Origin: an uncultured bacterium
GTDB lineage: Bacteria; Chloroflexota; UBA5177; JANWHV01
DNA length: 64,000 bases
NCBI GenBank assembly: GCA_963827235.1
Contig: CAWHAE010000018.1
Coordinates: 1-64,000, forward strand
Direction: 5' to 3'
The position numbers and the translations under genes were made by a program. Under the pieces are notes generated by a model. It made no database searches and was not told where the DNA came from. It was given only the letters and a program-made list of their open reading frames with translations. Below, piece by piece: positions 17,040 to 27,198 of this stretch. The stretch's first letter is position 1, and every line of letters begins with the position of its first letter.

Positions 17040-20000
17040 ATGCCGCGCGCGCTGCTCAATCTCGCCGGCCTTCGTGCTTCTCGAACCGCTTTCTCAATCT
17101 CCGAACAGGATGCACCCGGGGACAGCCATTCGCTGACCAGACGCCGTGCCCTGGGCCTGGCCGGCGTGGCGGCCGCGGGAGTCTCGCCTGCGCTGCACGC
17201 CGTTGAGACGTCGTTGCTCGGTGCCTTCGAGCTGGTGCGCAACGGCAAGTGGCGAGTTGCCCTTCGTAGCGGCGGGCTCGATCGCTGGGTGGTCGACACC
17301 CGGTTCTTCGCGGGCTCACCGGCACTGGCAGTGCAGCAGAGCACGGACGCAATCACCATCGAGCTTCGCGGCGCGCGCTATCCGGGAACCGCCCTGCCGG
17401 CCGATTTCCGGTGTGCGCTGCGGCGAGGAGCGGGCGGATGGAGCATCAGGCTGGAGATGACCCTGGGAGGCTTTGCCGCCAGCGGCCATCTCATGCCCTG
17501 GCTGACCAGCATGAGCGCGCTCGAATCACGGGTCCTCATGCCGGGCTGCCGCATCAATTTGGGCACCACGACCAGTCTGGACCTGGCGGGTCCGGCACGC
17601 GCCGCCTTCCGCCCGATCTGGCGCCTCGAGCTCGACAGCAAGAGGATCGCGGCGCTGCAGGGCCTGAACACACCCCTGGTGGCGGACAGCCTCCAGATCG
17701 CGCTGCCTGTCCAGGGGGCGGCGAGCTTGCTCCGCTCACCCAGCCCCAAGCGTACCGAGATCACGCTGTGGCGCGGCACGCGCGCCTGGAACCTCCAACC
17801 CGACTTCCAGCCCAACGGCCACTGGCGGCTTGTCACGTCGCCCAATGCGTTCAGCTCGCTGGTCCTGGAGATCGGCGAGGATGCCGCAGGGCACCGCAGC
17901 GCGGCCATGGCGGCGGACGGCGGCGAAGGCCTAGCATTCCAGCCACATAGTGGGCTGAGCGGGCCGGGCAATAGCACGGCTACTTTGCCGCTACGCGCGG
18001 CGCGCTACGCGATCGCCTTCGATCCCGCAGCCGATCATCGATCTCTCGTGGCCCGCTTCGCCCCGACGGGAGCCTGGATCGCCGCCGGGGCATGTGCGCT
18101 GCAAGTGGGCGGCGCGGACGGCACGCAGCCGTTCGAGATCGTGGCGCATGGGAACCGGGTGCTCGGCGTGCGCTGTAACCCCGCCGTGCTCAGCGCGAGC
18201 ATACCGGTGGCCGGCGCCATGTCGGCGCCGGCCAGGGTAGCGGCCGGCACCCACCTCGCTTTCGTGTCAAGGGGCCTGGACCGCCCCGGCACGTCACATG
18301 CTGCCCAGATTGTGCTGGCAGATCGCCCGCAAGCGGCATTCCACAGCCTCACGGCCACGCAGTACATGATCCCGCAGATCACCGTCGTGCGGCCCAGCGA
18401 TCTGCTGACGCTGTCCTTCGAGTTCGTCAACCTGGCCCTGAACGTCGTGGGCGACGGCAGCACCCCTTATCTCACGCCCAGCGGCCCTCCCGCCGTATTC
18501 CCGTCGGTCAACCCTTACACGGGCGTGGTAGAGCCGGTAACACAGCCCGACGGCACGGCGTATCTCGTCGTGCATTTCCCGCCGCAAAGCTTCGGCGAGC
18601 GCGCCTTCTTCGAGGCCGAGCAGGGATTGCCGATGAAGTCCTCGGTTCCCGCCGATCCGACACTCGCCACAGCGAACTCGCAGTTTGCCGGCCAGCTGGC
18701 GGACCAAAACTCTACGGTCAGGACCGGTCCCAGCAGCCCCGAGACGCCGTCGTCGCTACAGACGACGGCATTGGTGGCAGGCGGCACACAGCAGCCAGGC
18801 GACACGCGGCTGGCTTTCGTCATGCCCCCCAACTTCCAGTCGCTGCCGCTGACCCTGGACAACCTGCTCAACTGGGCGTACCTGGTCCCGAACCTGCCGG
18901 CCCCAGCGCTACCGGCCGGCGAGTACATCGTGGAGTCAGGATCGGACAGGAAGGAGCCCAGCTCGACAGAGACGTCGCTGGAGATTCCCTGGCACCTCTT
19001 CATCTCGCCCAACCGGTACGCCGGCTGGATCCACTCGTTCAGGCCCGTGACACACGGAGACTGGACGGAGCTGTGGCATACGCGTCTCGGCGTGCTCACG
19101 ACAGTCGTGCCTCTTAAGACCGCGGCGCCGACCAGCATGACGAAAGTGGGACTTACCTGGGCCCTGGCCAAGCCATCCGTCACGCAAGCCACTACAGTGC
19201 ACGCACGAGCCAACCAGGTGGTCGTGGCGAGCAAGGCTCCGGCCGTATTGAGCCTCACCCAGATGCCCGCGCTGGTGGCGGCACCCGGCCATACCTACCT
19301 GGTGGATGCCCAGTATGTCCATGAGCTGCAGAAAGACGCTCCCGACGGCTGGAAGTACGTGGTCACCCAGGCGACCTATGCCGGCAGCCAGCCGGTGGAC
19401 ATGCTTCCGGAGCTGCGCACCATACGCGCGGTGTGGTCGCCCAGCTATACAAACGACGGTTCCGAGGGCACGAACTTCCAGTATGGCTCGGACGAGCTGT
19501 ACCCCGCCACCGATGCCGCACAGCCCAAGAACCGTACCTCGCTCACCGGGCAGGATCGCGCTCATCTGGTTGCACTCACGTCGTGTTACCGCTACGTCAA
19601 GCATGCGGTCCCGGGCGGCGAGACGTACCTGCCGGCACCGGTCGACGTGAAGCGGTTAATGCTGAGCTCGCTTGGCGCCTGGGTCGACTTCCACGGCGCC
19701 TGGCCCAACGGCGACCACGTGGGCGTCGCCCTGATGGAGTGGACACACAAGGCCACGCAGGGCCGCGACCACTACGTGCGCGTGGTCTACAAAGGGTACC
19801 TGTTCCCGTTCGGGCACCGCGCCACGCTGATCAAGATCACGGAGCGGAAGCTCGAACCCGACGCAGCCAGCGGCAACAAGCAGGATGCCGCATTCCTGAT
19901 GCAGCGCATGTTCATCGTGGTGCGCGAGCCGATCAGGCAGTATCCGGACAGCCAGCTGCAGAGTCCGTCGGTGACGCTCGGCGACTTCTACGACAACACG

Positions 20001-22536
20001 TCATGCGTCGCCAGCGCGGCCACACCAAAGCCCAATCACAAGGCTCCGGTAGCGATCGACCGCGCAATGCCGTTCAAGCAGATCCAGATCACGACCATCA
20101 CCACGCCGGACATCGACGATCCGGGCAAGAGCCAGGTCTGGCCCAACGGCAACCACTCCTTTGACGCCGCTCTCACAGCCATCGACGCTTTCTGGCCCAA
20201 GGTCGGCAAGGAGGATTTCCTGTTTCACTGTGTCGGCCACGACGTCGAGGGCCAGCGCGTGGAGTTCGCGGTGCCGCTCGCCTTCGTCAGCGTCGACGAT
20301 TATCTCGCGTTTGAGCCCAGCAAGATGCTAACAATGCAGCAGTTGTATGCACAGGACACGAAACACAATACGGTGTCCATGCACGGAGCCAAGATCGCCT
20401 ACGCTCCTCACAACAAGCCGGGCGACACCCTGCTGCCCACCACGGACATGACCTTCGACGTCTACCCGGTGCCGTTTCCGTCCGGAGGCACGCCGGGTTC
20501 TCCCTGGTCGGTCCAGTGGCTGATGGACAACGACGTGCCGTGCTTCCTGCCCATCGTGCGCTCCGCCGCAGTGAGCGTCCCCGCGCTCGAAGCGATGCTG
20601 CATACGGGCCAGCAGCCGCACGTGCGCGTGGGCGATCAGTATCTCATGGCCGACCTGGGCAAGCCCGGCAACACCGGCGAGGTGTTCATCCAGACCGTCG
20701 ACACGAAGCTGCCCTCTGTTGCCTTCGGCGCCAGCAAGTCGGGGGGTACCGGCACAACGGGCGTGGTGACGCCCAACCTGGCAATAACCGGCCTCTCGCG
20801 CATCACCGGTCCCGTGGGTGGGGACCCCAGCGCGGTCGGCGGCGGGTCGCTGGGCTCGACGCATCAGGTCCTCGACTTCCTGCAGCAGTTCTTCAGCGAC
20901 GACGCGAAGATCCTGGGCGCCGTGCCGCTCTCGAAGATCATCAACCTGCCGACCGACCTGAGCCCCCTCTACAAGGTGCTTTCCGTCATGCACTCGCTCG
21001 AGAGCGTGCCGGACGCGCTCGACGGCCTGCTGGCGCAGGCCCTGACACCGCTGAGCGGCAATCCCTCGTCGCTGTCGAACCAGGATCGCACCACGGTGCA
21101 GAATGCTCTGACCCAAGTGCAGTCCGGTCTGTCCGCGCTGCAGACGGCATTGAGCACGCTGCAGAGCGCGCTCGGCATGCTGCCCTCCCTAGTGGGGGAC
21201 ACCGATCCCAAGACGGGCAAGCCACTGCTCGACGAGATCAAGACCGAGCTCGGCACGGTCGCCGGCAATCTGGACGGCATCCTGTCCTCCAAGCAGGCCG
21301 GCGCAACGGATCTCGCGGCGCTGATACAGGACGTAGCTACGGCCGGCGTCGGCACACTGGCCAGCGGTACGCAGTCGTTGCAGCAGTCCCTGAACGGCCT
21401 GATCCACGGGAAGCAGGATTGGAGCAGCGGCGACACGGACGAGCCCGGCGGCCTGATGTCCCTGCTGGGCGACCTGGACGACCTGCAGGGCCTCAACCCG
21501 CTGCCGAAGCTGAAGTACTCGGAGCTGCCGTCGGCCGTCGATACGACGCTCAAGTGGACGCCGCACCTGAAGGACTCCGAGCCCTTCCGGGCGCTGAGCA
21601 ATTTCCTGACGGTCACGGCGAAGATCCACACGCCGACCGACGGCAGCGCGCCGTCGTTCACCGTGGTCGGCGAGCTCGGCAAGATCGGCATCGACCTAGC
21701 CGGCGTCATCTACGTCGGCTTCGGCGGCATGACCTTCAGCGCCGGCAGCAGCCAGAAGGTGAACGTGAAAGTGGATGCCGGGGTTCAGGTCATGTTCGAG
21801 GGACCGCTTTCCTTCGTGAACGACCTGAAAGACCTCATTCCCTCGGACGGCTTCAACGACCCGCCGTTCGTCGACGTCACTGACAGCGACGTGGAGGCAG
21901 GGTTCAATTTCGACGTGCCCAGCCTGACGCTGGGGATGTTCAGCCTGGACAACATCTCGCTGGGTGCGAAGGTCACCATTCCCTTCATCGGCAAGTACCC
22001 GGCGCAGGTGTATTTCAACTTCTGCACGCGCGACAATCCCTTCCACCTGACCATCGCCATGCTGGGAGGCGGCGGCTTCTTCGGCATCACCCTCGGCCTC
22101 GACGGCCTGGACATGCTGGAGACGGCCCTCGAGGCCGGGGCCGACCTGTCCCTGAGCTTCGGCATCGCCAGCGGCACGATCTCGGTCATGGCCGGCGTCT
22201 ACTTCAAGATGCAGCGGGACGAGGGGAACTCGAGCGACTTCGGCACCGTGAACCTCACCGGCTACATCCATTTCAACGGCGGCATGGAGGTCATGGAGAT
22301 CGTCTCCGTCTCCATCGATTCTCATGCTTCAGCTGTACTTCGAGAAGGACGCCGACGGCACCAAGGTCGGCGGCGATGCGTCGCTGTCCATCTCCGTGCA
22401 CGTAGTGCTCCTCAGCGTGACGGTCCACGCCTCGGTCCATCGCGAGTTCTCCGGCTCGCCGAGCGATCCGACGTTCGTCAGCCAGGTGAGCTCCACGAGC
22501 TGGGACAACTACTGGGCGGCGTTTGCTCGAGAATAG
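17040..22536 (+). CDS. Giant uncharacterised protein A (about 1,830 aa after correcting a +1 frameshift at about 22320), Tat-type leader
   Basis: ATG 17040 with GGAGG (17028-17032); TRRRALGLAGVAAAG leader; strong coding bias; removing one T in GATTCTCATG restores DLMLQLYFEK...DPTF...WDNYWAAFARE-stop at 22536, which abuts the next RBS. Confidence 0.8.
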
Positions 22537-22546
22537 GAGGCGGAAG

Positions 22547-25500
22547 GTGCCACTACCGGTGCAAAATCTCAGCCAAGTCATCACCTGGATTGCGATCCCG
22601 GCCGGACCCGGCGCCTCGAAGGGCTCGCTTCGCCTGAACGTGTTCGTGTCCCCGCGCCTCCAGGACAACTCCAAGCCGGTGCTTGGCGACTACGCGCTGC
22701 GGGCGAGTGACGTCAAGTCCGGCGCCGGCAGCGAGGTGGTGCTCGATTGGTCCGCCTTGCCGGAGTCCGTCGCCAAGCTGCGATTCAAGGCACTCTTTCG
22801 CGACGGGCTTGGCCACCAGCTGGAGCTCGACGCCGACGTCCTCCCGGTGAAGCGTCGCGATGATCTGTGGAGCGCGCTCTTCAACGCGAAGACGCCGGTG
22901 ACGCCGTTCGCCTTTGAGGACCGAACCGCGCAGTCCGTGCTTTCCTATCCTGTCTCGGCCATTCAGGCCGACATCCGCACCAAGTACGGCACAGTGATCC
23001 AGAACATCGCGAAGTCCGGCGATCCCACGACAATGCCGGACATGGTAGCGCTGCAGCGCAATCTCGAGCGGAAGCCCGGTGGGTTGCTGAGCGTGCTCCC
23101 AGAAGGCAAGAGCGGCCAGGCGGCGATCGACAAGCATATCGCCGCGACGCTATCCACCTACAAGGCGATCCCGCCTAATTCCCTATCGGACGGCATCCCG
23201 GGTCTCTATCAGCAGCTCGACCAGTTCATGCACCCGTATCCGAAGTCGCACAAGGCCGTCGCGCCTGGAACACTGAGAGCCGGGCTGCAGGACATGTTCG
23301 ACTTTCACAAGATCGTCGCCGCGCTCGGCCACTACCCCGAACTGCTGCCCACGCTGGGATTGGTAATCCCGCTGGAAGTCCCGGCGAATTCGGGCATCTT
23401 CACGAGCTGGACGGCCACGGTCTCGGTGATCCCGTACCTGCCGGGCATCCCGACGTTCCCGCGCACCATGAGCGCGCTGGCACAGACTCACTACGTGCTC
23501 CAGCTGCAGGCCGGCGTTTTCAGGGCACAGCCGGCGAAGGGCTCGTATCTGACGGGCGAGCTGCTGCTTCGCCTGAGCGACCAGAACTCCTTTGACGTGG
23601 CGTCGATGGATGTGGACGGCGCGGCGACCAAGCTCGTGGGGATGGCGGAGAATATCCATCACCAGGCGGTCTCGCCACAACCGGTCGCCGGCCTGTCGCC
23701 CCATCAGGGCATGCCCGCGGTGCGGTCGAGCGGCATCTCGCTCATCCAGATCGGGCGCGCCTACGACCTGGCACAACGCTTCAAGACCGCTGCCAGCCAG
23801 AACACGGCGCTCAGCAACAACGCGCCGGTCGATCTCTACGCGGACGACCTGGTGCGTGGCTACGCCGTCGACGTCCACGACGAGAAGACCGGCAAGTGGT
23901 ATCCGCTGCACCAAAGAGACGGCACTTTTGTGTTCTCCTACCCGCCGCCGGCCAAGCAGGGCGGATTCAGCAAGTCGCCGGTCTCGGTGCCGACCTCGGG
24001 CGAGGGATTTGTGACACTGAGTGCCACTCAGCCGTCGACCTCCAGCAACGCGGGCGGCGCCAACGTGAGCGATCCGCTCTACCTCCACGAGCAGATCTGC
24101 CGCTGGACCGGCTGGAGCCTGGCTGCGCCGCGCCCGTTCACGCCGATCGGCACCGGCGACCCTTCCGACTACGACACGCCTCCAGCAAACGCTAGCTCCG
24201 AGACGCCGGATGCCGCTCCGACTGAGGACCTCAACCGCACCGGCCTGCGCCTCACCGCCAACTTCACGGCACCGGAAGGCACGCTGCCGCGGCTTCGTTT
24301 CGGGCGCACGTACCAGATGCGCGCCCGCATGGTTGACGTGGCGGGCCACGCTACCGGCTTCGACACGGGCGATAGCAAGCACGGCGATGCGCAGACGAAG
24401 CCTACCACCTACCTGCGGTGGGAGCCGCTCGTCGCGCCTGCCATTGCCCTGGCGGAGTCGATTGCCGACCGGCCCGCCGAGTCGATGGGCCGCATGGTCG
24501 TGCGCAGCTACGTTCCCCTGCTGGGAGCCGCCTCGAGCACCAGGCCTGCGCTTCACCCGGCGGCGATCTACAACCCGACGTCGCAGCGACACTTCCTGCC
24601 GCCCAAGACCAGCGTGACCATGGCCGAGGTTCATGGCAAGTTCGACACCCCGACTCCAAGCGGGCGCGGATGGTACGACGTGGTCGCCAACCTCGACGGC
24701 AGCCTGCCGCAGCAGCGCACCAGCACGCCGAATCCGGCACTTCGCAGGCCTTTGCACCCGAGCGCCGGCAAACTCACGGCTCCCCAGCCGCGCGACATCG
24801 TGACCTATGAGCCGACGCCGCTGGGCACCGGCCCGTACGCCTTGCCGTATCTGCCGGACCCGCTGGCCGCCGGCGTCACGTTCGTCGGTCTGCCCGGCCA
24901 CGTGCCGGTCAAGGGCGACATCGCATTCACCGACCCCGTGTGGACCGGCACATGGCCCTACCTGAGCACGTTCATCCTGGTCCTGAACGGCATTCCTGCC
25001 GGAACCACGCCGAGACCGCCGTCCTTCGCGGATGGCCGCCCGGCCACGGTCACCGTGGAAGTGGAGCAGGGTGTGACGACGGCGGTGCGCTACAGCTCGC
25101 GCATGGCCGCCGAGAGCATTCCGCTGATGGCGATGTGGGACTGGATCGTGGCGAACATCGGTACCTCGGGCAAGCTGCACGATCGCTTCTACGCCTACGC
25201 GGTGAGGGCATTGCTCTGGCTGCTCACACCATACCACGAGCTCACGATCGTGCACGCCGTGCAGAGGCCGCTGATGCAGCCGCAATTCCTGCGTCTCAGC
25301 TCCGTCCGGAACATGGGCGACACGTCTGCGAGGCTCTACGACAGGCCGATGAAGATCAGCGGCCACAGCACCGTCAAGATGGATCTCGAGGGACACTGGT
25401 TCGAGCCCATCGACGACGTGAACAAGCCCGGCCCGGAGGTGCGTGAGCACAAATCGCACGTCTCGGAGATACCGATCAATTACCAGGACGGCGTGCTCCA

Positions 25501-26941
25501 GTTCCCGGCCGACTCGGCGTCGATCACCAGCTCGCAAGACAAGCACTTCACGCACGTGTTCGGCGACACCAAATACCGGCGCGTGGCATACACGATGGTC
25601 GCCACGACCCGCTATCGCGAGTACTTCCCGTTTACCGACGACGAGATCGCGCAGCAACCCGATCTGATCACGCAGGCCAACAAACCGGACCAGCCGACGA
25701 AGCCGAAGGCTGCCCTTGCCACGGTCTCCAAGGAGCTGATCGACAGGAACTGGCAGAGCGGGCTGATCGACGTGCCGAGCTCGGCCAGGCCGTACGCGCC
25801 GAGCTTGCTCTACGTGATGCCGATCTTCAAGCACGATATGGCGGTGTTTCCGGCAGAGAACATGGTAGGTGCCGCCCGTTGGGGCGGCGGTCTGCGCGTG
25901 TACTTGGAGCGGCCCTGGTATTCGTCGGGCGAGGGTGAGCTGCTCGGCGTCGTGCTGCCGCCGTACGGCGCCGGGGGGAGCCCGGCACCCGACCCCGCAC
26001 ACTACACGCAGTGGGCGCTCGATCCGCTGTGGAAGCCGGCGTCCATGCCGGTGCCGATCTCACCCACGCCTGAGCTGTTCACCAATGCCGTCTGGCAGGG
26101 CACGGGGCTGAGCATAGACGAGCAGAAGACCACCTCCTCGAAGCAGGTGCCGCTGGTGGATGTCGCCGGGCACGCGGTGGCCTACGATGCCGACCGCAGG
26201 CTATGGTACGCGGATATCCTGCTCAGCCCGGGCACTGCCTACTATCCATTCGTGCGCCTGGTGCTGGCCCGCTGCCAACCGCACGCGCTTACCGACGCGC
26301 GGCTCTCGCGCCTGGTGGTGGCGGACTTCGCCCAGATCGCGCCCGATCGCATCGCCACGATCGTCTTCGACAGCCCGCCGGCGAGCCAGAATTCGGTCAC
26401 GCTGCGGGTCTCCGTGCTCGGTCAGATCGCGCTGCACAAGCTGCGGCTGGACAAGCCGGATCTCACGCCCAACCGCATCGAGATCAACCTGGAGGCGCAG
26501 GTGGTGGGCAGCCCAAACACGGATCCCGACCTCGGCTGGTTCCCGGTGGCGGCCCTGGATCCGAGCAAGTTCAACGCTGACGAGAAGCAGGCGCCTTTTC
26601 CCGATGCCGGTGCCGTGATCCTCAAGGCAGCGATCCAACACAAGCCCAAGTACTGGGACGGCCGGGCACTGCAGCCGGACGGCGACTACATGCTGTGGAG
26701 CGGCGCCTACACGCTGACGACCGGGCAGCTCACCGTCCTGCAGCAGCATCTACAAGAGTTGCAGAAGGTACGCGATCTGCCACCGCAGTCGGCGTCGTCA
26801 CTGCCTCCGCTGCGCCTGGTGATCCGGGAGTACGAGACCTTCCCGGCCGCCACTCCCGACCCCAACAATCTCGATTGGCCGGTGCAGACGATCGACCGCC
26901 TGGTCTATGCCGAGGTCCTGGATCTCATGATGCCGTCGTAA
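22547..26941 (+). CDS. Giant uncharacterised protein B (1,464 aa), Pro/aromatic-rich, FN3/Ig-like strands
   Basis: GTG 22547 six nt after GGAGG that overlaps the upstream stop; uninterrupted ORF; LPRLRFGRTYQMRARMVDVAG FN3-like motif; no signal peptide. Confidence 0.85.
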   Translation: MPLPVQNLSQVITWIAIPAGPGASKGSLRLNVFVSPRLQDNSKPVLGDYALRASDVKSGAGSEVVLDWSALPESVAKLRFKALFRDGLGHQLELDADVLPVKRRDDLWSALFNAKTPVTPFAFEDRTAQSVLSYPVSAIQADIRTKYGTVIQNIAKSGDPTTMPDMVALQRNLERKPGGLLSVLPEGKSGQAAIDKHIAATLSTYKAIPPNSLSDGIPGLYQQLDQFMHPYPKSHKAVAPGTLRAGLQDMFDFHKIVAALGHYPELLPTLGLVIPLEVPANSGIFTSWTATVSVIPYLPGIPTFPRTMSALAQTHYVLQLQAGVFRAQPAKGSYLTGELLLRLSDQNSFDVASMDVDGAATKLVGMAENIHHQAVSPQPVAGLSPHQGMPAVRSSGISLIQIGRAYDLAQRFKTAASQNTALSNNAPVDLYADDLVRGYAVDVHDEKTGKWYPLHQRDGTFVFSYPPPAKQGGFSKSPVSVPTSGEGFVTLSATQPSTSSNAGGANVSDPLYLHEQICRWTGWSLAAPRPFTPIGTGDPSDYDTPPANASSETPDAAPTEDLNRTGLRLTANFTAPEGTLPRLRFGRTYQMRARMVDVAGHATGFDTGDSKHGDAQTKPTTYLRWEPLVAPAIALAESIADRPAESMGRMVVRSYVPLLGAASSTRPALHPAAIYNPTSQRHFLPPKTSVTMAEVHGKFDTPTPSGRGWYDVVANLDGSLPQQRTSTPNPALRRPLHPSAGKLTAPQPRDIVTYEPTPLGTGPYALPYLPDPLAAGVTFVGLPGHVPVKGDIAFTDPVWTGTWPYLSTFILVLNGIPAGTTPRPPSFADGRPATVTVEVEQGVTTAVRYSSRMAAESIPLMAMWDWIVANIGTSGKLHDRFYAYAVRALLWLLTPYHELTIVHAVQRPLMQPQFLRLSSVRNMGDTSARLYDRPMKISGHSTVKMDLEGHWFEPIDDVNKPGPEVREHKSHVSEIPINYQDGVLQFPADSASITSSQDKHFTHVFGDTKYRRVAYTMVATTRYREYFPFTDDEIAQQPDLITQANKPDQPTKPKAALATVSKELIDRNWQSGLIDVPSSARPYAPSLLYVMPIFKHDMAVFPAENMVGAARWGGGLRVYLERPWYSSGEGELLGVVLPPYGAGGSPAPDPAHYTQWALDPLWKPASMPVPISPTPELFTNAVWQGTGLSIDEQKTTSSKQVPLVDVAGHAVAYDADRRLWYADILLSPGTAYYPFVRLVLARCQPHALTDARLSRLVVADFAQIAPDRIATIVFDSPPASQNSVTLRVSVLGQIALHKLRLDKPDLTPNRIEINLEAQVVGSPNTDPDLGWFPVAALDPSKFNADEKQAPFPDAGAVILKAAIQHKPKYWDGRALQPDGDYMLWSGAYTLTTGQLTVLQQHLQELQKVRDLPPQSASSLPPLRLVIREYETFPAATPDPNNLDWPVQTIDRLVYAEVLDLMMPS

Positions 26942-27198
26942 CAGGACTGCTGCCGAGGCTTGAGTGCCGCTCCCATCGACTTGCTGCGACGGTGCGGAGC
27001 GGTTCTTGGCCTGAATCAGTGGCCGGCTGCCGCGGATAGGCCTACGGGCTGCCTGTCGGCGTGCTGTGAGCCCGCCGCGCCCGAGCCGGACACGTGGCGC
27101 GAGGTGGGGACGCAGGGCAGCTGTAAGCCTGCCGCCCCACCATCCGCGGCAGCTGAAGCATCCATGTCGTCCGTGTGTTCGGTGAGGCGCGTCACGTC

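Noticed and set aside
22310-22330. Programmed ribosomal frameshift or phase variation in gene A
   Set aside because: No slippery heptamer or homopolymer tract, and similar indels occur in unrelated genes
22537-22637. C-terminal tail of the 1,881-aa ORF overlapping gene B
   Set aside because: Out-of-frame read-through after the indel at about 22320; composition turns Arg-rich and overlaps B's RBS and start
23183-26002. 939-aa ORF on the minus strand
   Set aside because: Antisense shadow of giant gene B caused by GC3 bias; no RBS or motifs
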